From Candidatus Latescibacterota bacterium (GTDB lineage: Bacteria > Latescibacterota > UBA2968 > UBA8231), in NCBI GenBank assembly GCA_965248265.1, contig CBDFJF010000002.1, positions 1,472,001 to 1,536,000 of the forward strand: a stretch of 64,000 bases of DNA, read 5' to 3'. Numbering within the stretch: position 1 is the stretch's first letter; each line of letters starts with the position of its first letter. Both the position numbers and the translations under genes were made by a program. The notes under the pieces are model-generated. The model was given only the letters and a program-made list of their open reading frames with translations. It ran no database searches and was not told the origin of the DNA. This document shows positions 57,468 to 64,000 of the stretch, in pieces.

Positions 57468-60196
57468 CGCCGGGCCATTCTTCCAATGCCAACGGCCGGG
57501 TCTACCGCCTGGTTCACCAAAAGCCGCTGCTTGTTTTCGGGGTAATCCTCGTGATCGGGTTTGCGGCCGTGACCTACCATGCCACCCGCCTGTCCAGCAG
57601 TCTGCTGGAGTCCAGCGCTGTCAGCAACGCGAGACGGTACACTGAAGTCATTGCGGAGTTCCGCTCGCTCTACACCTCGGAAGTCGTCAACCGGCTGCAG
57701 GCCCACGCGGTGGACGTCACGCACGACTACGAGTCGACGGATGGAGCCATTCCGTTGCCTGCTACCCTCAGTATGTTGTTGGGTGAGCAGATCGGCGTTG
57801 GCGGTAGCGGCACCGAGTTTCATCTGTACAGTCCGTACCCCTTCCCATGGCGAGAGCATTCGGCAGGATTGAGCGACCGTTTTCGCAAGGAGGCGTGGAG
57901 CGCGTTGAGCGTAGACCCAGGAAAGCCCTTCTACCGATTCGACCAGTACGGAGGCAGGTCCTCGTTGCGTTATGCCACCGCAGATCTGATGCGCGCTGAG
58001 TGTGTCAGTTGCCACAACTCTCACCCGGATACTCCAAAAAACGATTGGCGCGCCGGAGATGTCCGTGGCGTGCTCGAAGTCGTGATGCCGCTCGAAGCGG
58101 TCAAGGAAGAGAGCAGAGCGGGTCTATGGGGGACTATCGCTTTGCTCACAGGCATGGGACTGCTGAGCCTGGTCTGCGTAGCCCTGGCAATACGTCAACT
58201 AAAGAGCGGCGCGCGTCGGCTGGAAAGTGAAGTCGAGGTGAGGACGGCTGATCTCCAGGACGAGATCCGCGAAAGAGAGGAGGCGGAGCGAGAACTCCGG
58301 ACGAGCGAGCTGCACAAAGGTGCTGTGCTGGATTCGGCCCTCGACTGCGTCATCGGCATGGATCACCGCGGCAAGATCACGGAATTCAATCCCGCGGCGG
58401 AGCGCACGTTCGGCTACCGGCGCGAGGATGTACTCGGTGAGGAACTGTCCGACAAGATCATCCCCCCCGATTTTCGGGAGAAGCACAAGAGCGGTTTGGC
58501 GCACTACCTGGCAACTGGCGTAGGGCCGGTACTCGGCCAACGCATCGAGATCACGGCCATGCGCCGCGATGGAACAGAGTTTCCGGTCGAGCTCGCCATA
58601 GTGCCGATCGACGTGGATGAGACGCCGCTCTTCACCGCCTACCTGCGGGACATTACGGAACGACAGCAGGCAGAAGAAGGCCTTCGCGAGGCGGTGGGGC
58701 GGGCTGAGTCCGCCAACAGTGCTAAGACCACATTTCTGGCGAACATGTCACACGAAATCCGCACGCCGCTCAACGCCATCCTGGGATTTACGGAGATTCT
58801 GAGTGGTCGAATCCAGGAACCACGTCAGAAAGAGTACCTGGATTCGATCCAGGCAAGTGGCATGGCGCTGGTGACGCTGATCGATGACATCCTGGACCTG
58901 TCGAAAGTCGAGGCTGGCATCCTGGAAGTGAAACCGAGTCCTACCGATGTGCGCGCCATCCTACAAGACACCGAGCGAATTTTCTCTCAAAAAGCTCGGG
59001 ACAAGGGGGTGAGACTCGATGTCGAGATCGATCCGGGCATGCCCGACGTGTTGGTACTGGACGGCGGCCGCACGAGACAGATGTTGACCAACCTGGTTGA
59101 TAACGCGCTCAAATTCACCCACCAGGGACATGTCCGGGTGACGGCTGCGGGGTCGCGCAAGACGGATGATGCCGCACATGTGGACCTGGTTTTGGCGGTT
59201 GCCGATACTGGCATCGGAATCCCGGACAACCAGCGCGAACGAATCTTTGGCGTCTTTGCACAGCAGGAAGATCAGAGCATCAACGAGTATGGCGGTGTGG
59301 GCAGGGGGTTGGCGCTGATCAAGGCGATTATTGATCGGACCCACGGGGAAATTTCGGTGGATAGCCAGGTGGGGGTAGGCAGCACGTTCACGGTAACCTT
59401 CCGGAATGTCGAGGTGGCCTCGGTGGAACAGATCGCCATGGCCGAGGCGGAAGATCTCGACCCGGACTCTGTCTCTTTCGATTCCGGCACCGTTCTGATT
59501 GCCGATGATGTCAGCGCCAACCGCGAACTGGTCAAAGGATTTCTGGATGGTCAACCGCTCAGCTTCATCGAGGCAGAAAACGGCGAAGAAGCGATCGAGA
59601 TGACCAAACGGCAACGGCCCTCCCTGATTCTGATGGACATTAAGATGCCGGTGTTGGACGGTTTCTCGGCGTCTCAGCGTCTGAAAGGGGATGAGCAGCT
59701 GCGGCAGACTCCGATCATCGCATTGACAGGCTCCGTGTTGCGCGAAAGCGAGGAGGAGATCCTGCGGGTGTGTGACGGATTTCTGCGCAAGCCGGTGACC
59801 CGGCAGGATCTGATTCGGGCGATGAGCCGCTTGATTTCCCATACTATAGAAAGGCAAGATGAGCCAACCTCCACAGATGCGGACAGCGAAAATGCAGTAG
59901 AGTGGTCAGTCGAGCTGCTCACATCCGTAGTCCGAGGGCGGCTCCCGGGACTGATTTCTGAACTCGAGGGCCAGCGGGGTACGTGGGAGGAAGTAGCCGC
60001 AACGTTGACGATCGACGAGGTCGACAGTTTCGCATCGCGGATGGTCGTGTTGGGCAAAGAGTTTGAGTACCCGCCGCTTTCCGGGTGGGGGCGGCAACTG
60101 GCCTCCCAGGTCGGTGCGTTTGACATGAATGGCATACGGGAAACGCTCTCGGGGTTTCCCGGGATGATAGAGGAGATCAAGTCGATCTCTGTTTAA
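57464..60196 (+). CDS. Hybrid sensor kinase with DUF3365 (Tll0287-like) heme-c periplasmic domain, PAS, HisKA, HATPase, REC and helical tail
   Basis: IPLPATL, YSPYPFPWR, LRYA.AD.M...CVSCHNSHP..PK.DW..GDVRGVLEV, SHEIRTPLNAILG, NALKFT, DIKMP. Confidence 0.92.
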   Translation: MTPGHSSNANGRVYRLVHQKPLLVFGVILVIGFAAVTYHATRLSSSLLESSAVSNARRYTEVIAEFRSLYTSEVVNRLQAHAVDVTHDYESTDGAIPLPATLSMLLGEQIGVGGSGTEFHLYSPYPFPWREHSAGLSDRFRKEAWSALSVDPGKPFYRFDQYGGRSSLRYATADLMRAECVSCHNSHPDTPKNDWRAGDVRGVLEVVMPLEAVKEESRAGLWGTIALLTGMGLLSLVCVALAIRQLKSGARRLESEVEVRTADLQDEIREREEAERELRTSELHKGAVLDSALDCVIGMDHRGKITEFNPAAERTFGYRREDVLGEELSDKIIPPDFREKHKSGLAHYLATGVGPVLGQRIEITAMRRDGTEFPVELAIVPIDVDETPLFTAYLRDITERQQAEEGLREAVGRAESANSAKTTFLANMSHEIRTPLNAILGFTEILSGRIQEPRQKEYLDSIQASGMALVTLIDDILDLSKVEAGILEVKPSPTDVRAILQDTERIFSQKARDKGVRLDVEIDPGMPDVLVLDGGRTRQMLTNLVDNALKFTHQGHVRVTAAGSRKTDDAAHVDLVLAVADTGIGIPDNQRERIFGVFAQQEDQSINEYGGVGRGLALIKAIIDRTHGEISVDSQVGVGSTFTVTFRNVEVASVEQIAMAEAEDLDPDSVSFDSGTVLIADDVSANRELVKGFLDGQPLSFIEAENGEEAIEMTKRQRPSLILMDIKMPVLDGFSASQRLKGDEQLRQTPIIALTGSVLRESEEEILRVCDGFLRKPVTRQDLIRAMSRLISHTIERQDEPTSTDADSENAVEWSVELLTSVVRGRLPGLISELEGQRGTWEEVAATLTIDEVDSFASRMVVLGKEFEYPPLSGWGRQLASQVGAFDMNGIRETLSGFPGMIEEIKSISV

Positions 60197-60216
60197 CCAA
60201 CCACAAGGGAATTGAG

Positions 60217-61215
60217 ATGGCTGAAGACAAGGGTCCGAGAGTTCTGATCGTCGACGACACGGTGCAGAACATCCAAGTGTTGGGCACGGTGCTGCGTGAG
60301 CAGAACTACCAGATCAACGTCGCCCAAAACGGGCTGCAGGCGCTGGAGTCGGTCGAAAAGGTTCGCCCCGATCTGATTCTCCTCGACGTGATGATGCCGG
60401 AAATGGACGGCTTCGAGGCCTGCAAGCGGCTGAAGGCAAACGACGAAACCAAAGACATCCCCATCATTTTTCTCACCGCGAAGGTCGAGACCGAGGATGT
60501 CGTGCACGGGTTCGATCTGGGGGCCGTCGACTACGTGACGAAGCCATTCAACGCGACCGAGCTGCTGGCGCGAGTGCACACCCATCTGGAGCTGCAACGG
60601 CTTCGTCGGGAGCTCGAGGAGTACAATCAGATGCTCGAGCAGAAGGTACAGGAGCGCACGGCCGAACTGCAGGTGGCACACAAGAAGCTGCAGTTGCAGG
60701 TGAAGGAGTTGGATGGCCGCGACAAACTCGGGCACGCGCAGACCTCGTGCGGGTCGATTGGTGAAGGCTACGAACGAATTCTCGAGGTGTTGCAGGAGGT
60801 GCTCGAAGTCGGCAAGGCGCGGATCTATCGCGAAGATGAGTCGGGGGCTCAACTCGCTGTTGTGGCCGGACTCGGGCTATCGGGACCCGGAGTGCTGCAG
60901 CAGGCAGAGGATCTGGGAGAGGAACCGTCGGTGGCTGCCGGGTCAGATTCCCCGGTTGCGCAGGCATTCGCCGATGGGAAACCACTTTCGGGGGACGAGG
61001 GAGAAGCCGTGGTACCGATCGCCTATGGTGACCACACACTCGGTGTGGTCAGCGTCGAGGGCATGGTCAGTGAGGATCATGAGCAGAGTGTCCTGCAGGA
61101 GGTGCTCTGGAGATTGAGCAGAGAGGCGGGTACCCTGTGCCACGCACTCGAGCTGAACAAGGATCTCGAAGCCGGCGATATCGATGTCGCAGCGCTGCTC
61201 GACATAGAGGAATAG
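60217..61215 (+). CDS. Response regulator: REC, coiled coil and GAF-like domain, with no recognisable output domain
   Basis: VLIVDDT..N, PDLILLDVMMPEMDGFE, FLTA, DYVTKPF, LEQKVQERTAEL, then GAF-like (VVPI.YG..TLGVV.V). Confidence 0.88.
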   Translation: MAEDKGPRVLIVDDTVQNIQVLGTVLREQNYQINVAQNGLQALESVEKVRPDLILLDVMMPEMDGFEACKRLKANDETKDIPIIFLTAKVETEDVVHGFDLGAVDYVTKPFNATELLARVHTHLELQRLRRELEEYNQMLEQKVQERTAELQVAHKKLQLQVKELDGRDKLGHAQTSCGSIGEGYERILEVLQEVLEVGKARIYREDESGAQLAVVAGLGLSGPGVLQQAEDLGEEPSVAAGSDSPVAQAFADGKPLSGDEGEAVVPIAYGDHTLGVVSVEGMVSEDHEQSVLQEVLWRLSREAGTLCHALELNKDLEAGDIDVAALLDIEE

Positions 61216-61250
61216 TCCCACTGCAATAACGGGCCGAACACTGAGAACGT

Positions 61251-63470
61251 ATGGCTGAAGAGAATACAACAGAGGAACAGGCTGCTGTCGATCCGGGTGG
61301 CGAAGGCGAGGGGGAGGCTGCTGCCGAACCGCTGTCAGCAGTCAATGCCGCGCTCGAGGATTCCGGAGGCGAGCTGGTTACGCCCGAAGAGGACAAGCGG
61401 CTGCACTGGATCGCCAGAGGGCTCGACCGTGAGCTCGAGCACGCCGTACTGCGCAAGGCGGGTGACGAGGCGGGCGCCGACGCGGGCCAGTGGTTCTATC
61501 AGCTCGATTTCACTGAGTGCACGCTGGCGATTCGGGCCGATTGCATGAAAGCGTACCTCGCCAGTGTATCGAAACTCGCCAGTATGTCCCGCGTTTCCGA
61601 TATCGTCGGGCAATCGAATTTTCGGCAGCTGAAGGAGCCGTCGAGCAAGGAGATCCGAAAGTCGTTGATGAGCTCACCCGTACGCTGGTTGCCGTTGTGC
61701 GACGGAGAGTCGCCGCAGGCGGCGGGGGCTACGACGCTGTGCATCCGTGGCGACACCGAGAGCGTGATCGCACGTGAGACGCTGGAATCGTTGTCCTCAG
61801 ATCTGAAGCAATTGTTCGACGCTGATTTCGCCAGCGAGGAATCAGCCCAAGACTACCGTGCCATCGTTGCCAGCGCCGATGACGTGATCGCCCGCGTAAA
61901 CCCGGATCAGGAGGAACGCGAAGGCGAGGATGTCTTCGGCCGGCCCATCACTCCTGACCACCGTACGGCCCAACCGGAAGTGGGCCTACACGTAGAGCGT
62001 GACGGGGACGAGTACAGGGCAAAGCGCTACGGCTATGTGGCGCTGTTGAAGAACAAACTCTCAGTAGTGTCGCCGCTGTTCACCGATTGTTACGTGACCT
62101 CCGTCCACTGGTGTGTGCTGGATCACCGCTCGGCGGAGGTTTCTGCCGCACACATAGACGAGTGGCTGACCGATCTGGGCGTCGTCGAGGGAGTCGAACG
62201 CACGGCCATAGAGCACATGGCGCAGCAGATCACTGCTGGCGAACACCGTCTCGGATTGCATCTGATTGCCAGCGGCACGCCTCCCGTCAACGGCAAAGAC
62301 GCCGAGGTCCAAATTCTGCTGGACCTACGGTCGCGCTCTGGTGAGCAACAAGACGATGGATCGACCGATTTCAAACGTGTGAATTTCAAACCAAACGTGG
62401 GCGAAAGGCAGGAGATCGCGCGTCTGACGCCGGCGACAAAGGGTACTGATGGTCGCGACGTCATGGGCAACGCCGTGTCATGCGTCGACGGCAAGCATCA
62501 CGCGCTCAAAGTGGGGGTCGGGGTGCAATCTACCAAGGATGAATACAGGGTTGAACACTACTACGGTGCGATCGAGGGGGCGTTGAAGTACACGAGGAAG
62601 GAAATCGCCGTTGTCGATACCCTGGTCATCGAGGGAGACGTAGGGTTCGAGACCGGCAATCTGGAGTTCAAGGGAGAGGTAATCGTCAAAGGATCCATTG
62701 GTCAGGGTTTCTCCGTCAAGGCGACCGGGGATGTGGTGGTTTTCGACAAGGTCGACGCGGGTGCCACCATAGCCTTGGGGGGTAATGTCCGAGTCGGCCG
62801 CGGTGTCATGGGCCGCAAGACGAAGATCATGGCTCTCGGGGACGTGCATGCCCAGTTCATTCACGACGCGCAGGTTCGGAGCTCGGGAGATATTCTCGTC
62901 GGCGATTTCATTCATCATGCAACCTTGAGGGCCGATGGTACTGTCGCCGTCGCCAAGAGTACCGGGCAGCGAGGGGGTATCCTCTGTGGTGGGCAGGTGT
63001 GGAGCCGGAAGGGCATCGCCTTTCACGTCGCCGGCAGCTCCAATGCCATGACCACGGAGCTGGCAGCGGGGGTCGATCCGGAGCAGGCAAAGGAGCTCGA
63101 TCTGCTGTCTCGCAAAATCGACGAGAGCAATAAACATATATCCAGGCAACTGTCTCGCTTTCATCTGAAGACCGTCGATGTGGCGGCTATCACAAAATTG
63201 CTCAGTGCTTCGACTGGCCCCCAGAAGAAGGTATTGGCGCGAGCGGCGAAACAGCTCGGTCAAATGGTTCAGCTTCACCAGAAGCTGGCGGTGTCGAAGA
63301 AGGAGATCGAGGACGCCATGGCCCGGGGACTCGATATGGCCTATATCGCCGCCGAGGAGCTTGTCTATCCCGGCGTTCAGGTCCGTATCGGCGACCACAC
63401 TCGAAAGATCACCGACGAGATGAAGAAGCCGTTTTTTAGCCTGTTTCAGAATCAATTGATGGATCACTAG
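61251..63470 (+). CDS. FapA/DUF342 family protein (long paralogue)
   Basis: IASGTPPVNGKDA, DGSTDFK, G.DG.DV.G, GDVGFETGNLEFKGEV.VKG, GFSVKATG, VYPGVQVRIG. Confidence 0.9.
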   Translation: MAEENTTEEQAAVDPGGEGEGEAAAEPLSAVNAALEDSGGELVTPEEDKRLHWIARGLDRELEHAVLRKAGDEAGADAGQWFYQLDFTECTLAIRADCMKAYLASVSKLASMSRVSDIVGQSNFRQLKEPSSKEIRKSLMSSPVRWLPLCDGESPQAAGATTLCIRGDTESVIARETLESLSSDLKQLFDADFASEESAQDYRAIVASADDVIARVNPDQEEREGEDVFGRPITPDHRTAQPEVGLHVERDGDEYRAKRYGYVALLKNKLSVVSPLFTDCYVTSVHWCVLDHRSAEVSAAHIDEWLTDLGVVEGVERTAIEHMAQQITAGEHRLGLHLIASGTPPVNGKDAEVQILLDLRSRSGEQQDDGSTDFKRVNFKPNVGERQEIARLTPATKGTDGRDVMGNAVSCVDGKHHALKVGVGVQSTKDEYRVEHYYGAIEGALKYTRKEIAVVDTLVIEGDVGFETGNLEFKGEVIVKGSIGQGFSVKATGDVVVFDKVDAGATIALGGNVRVGRGVMGRKTKIMALGDVHAQFIHDAQVRSSGDILVGDFIHHATLRADGTVAVAKSTGQRGGILCGGQVWSRKGIAFHVAGSSNAMTTELAAGVDPEQAKELDLLSRKIDESNKHISRQLSRFHLKTVDVAAITKLLSASTGPQKKVLARAAKQLGQMVQLHQKLAVSKKEIEDAMARGLDMAYIAAEELVYPGVQVRIGDHTRKITDEMKKPFFSLFQNQLMDH

Positions 63471-63489
63471 CACGGGAGTCGTCAACTCT

Positions 63490-63810
63490 ATGGCATGGGT
63501 CTACACCGCGGTCGCCCTCGGCATGCTGGGGATATTGCTTGAAATCGGTCGCTCTTATAGCAAGACGAGCAAGCAGTTGATTCTCGAGCAGAAGGACCTG
63601 TACCGGGAAATCGGGAATCACCGAAATTCGATCAACGTGCTGGAACGTGATAGGAAGACCGGCGAAGACTCAGTGGCGCGCTTGACGATGGAGAAGGGAG
63701 AGGTCTCGAAAGAGCTCAACTGGCAGCGTCAGAATCTGGACGATCTCTTGCGCAGAGACGCTGGCACTCGCCTGGGCCGCCCCAAGATCGATCGGGACGA
63801 GAAGGAATAG
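63490..63810 (+). CDS. Small N-terminally membrane-anchored coiled-coil protein
   Basis: Hydrophobic N-terminus (WVYTAVALGMLGILL) followed by a charged heptad-like region. Confidence 0.7.
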   Translation: MAWVYTAVALGMLGILLEIGRSYSKTSKQLILEQKDLYREIGNHRNSINVLERDRKTGEDSVARLTMEKGEVSKELNWQRQNLDDLLRRDAGTRLGRPKIDRDEKE

Positions 63811-63822
63811 GGTAGAAGGTCG

Positions 63823-64000
63823 ATGGAAACCGCCGCCCTGATTGCCGCACTACTGCTGGCTCTGATTAGTGGGGTAGCCAAGTTCAGCAGCAGTTTGCAT
63901 CTGAGCAGGCTGCGCCGACAGAACACCGAGCTGATGAATGAGCGTGATCTCCTGCAGGGACAACGCTCGGCGCTGGAGACGGCACTGGTGGACGTACAGA
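63823..64000 (+). CDS. Second membrane-anchored coiled-coil protein (partial)
   Basis: Not in the ORF track. Manual translation METAALIAALLLALISGVAKFSSSLHLSRLRRQNTELMNERDLLQGQRSALETALVDVQ..., open to the window end. Confidence 0.7.
   Translation, partial: METAALIAALLLALISGVAKFSSSLHLSRLRRQNTELMNERDLLQGQRSALETALVDVQ

Overview
GC-rich bacterial window with about 45 genes. No rRNA, tRNA, CRISPR array, transposase or phage gene was seen. The gene mix (two PhyH dioxygenases, a sulfatase, TauD, an NHL-repeat protein, a PorU/gingipain-like C25 peptidase with a T9SS/FlgD-type C-terminus, and FapA paralogues) suggests a Latescibacterota- or Poribacteria-like uncultured organism; this is inference only. 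Positions 1-49.6 kb are a patchwork of catabolic, transport and housekeeping genes, including a Phd antitoxin, an enolase-superfamily enzyme, SNF2-SWIM, a frameshifted rapA, a desaturase, ada, a TRAP system and rsmE. The best candidate for an undescribed system is the co-directional cluster at 50.5-64 kb. There, two FapA/DUF342 genes bracket a tandem orphan solute-binding protein, two hybrid histidine kinases with His-less HPt-like tails (one with a heme-c sensor), a TorT-like fragment fused to the hidden remnant of a third kinase, and a REC-GAF regulator with no output domain. Small membrane-anchored coiled-coil genes follow. Several deletion scars and pseudogene remnants are present. All product calls come from motif recognition by eye; no database searches were run.
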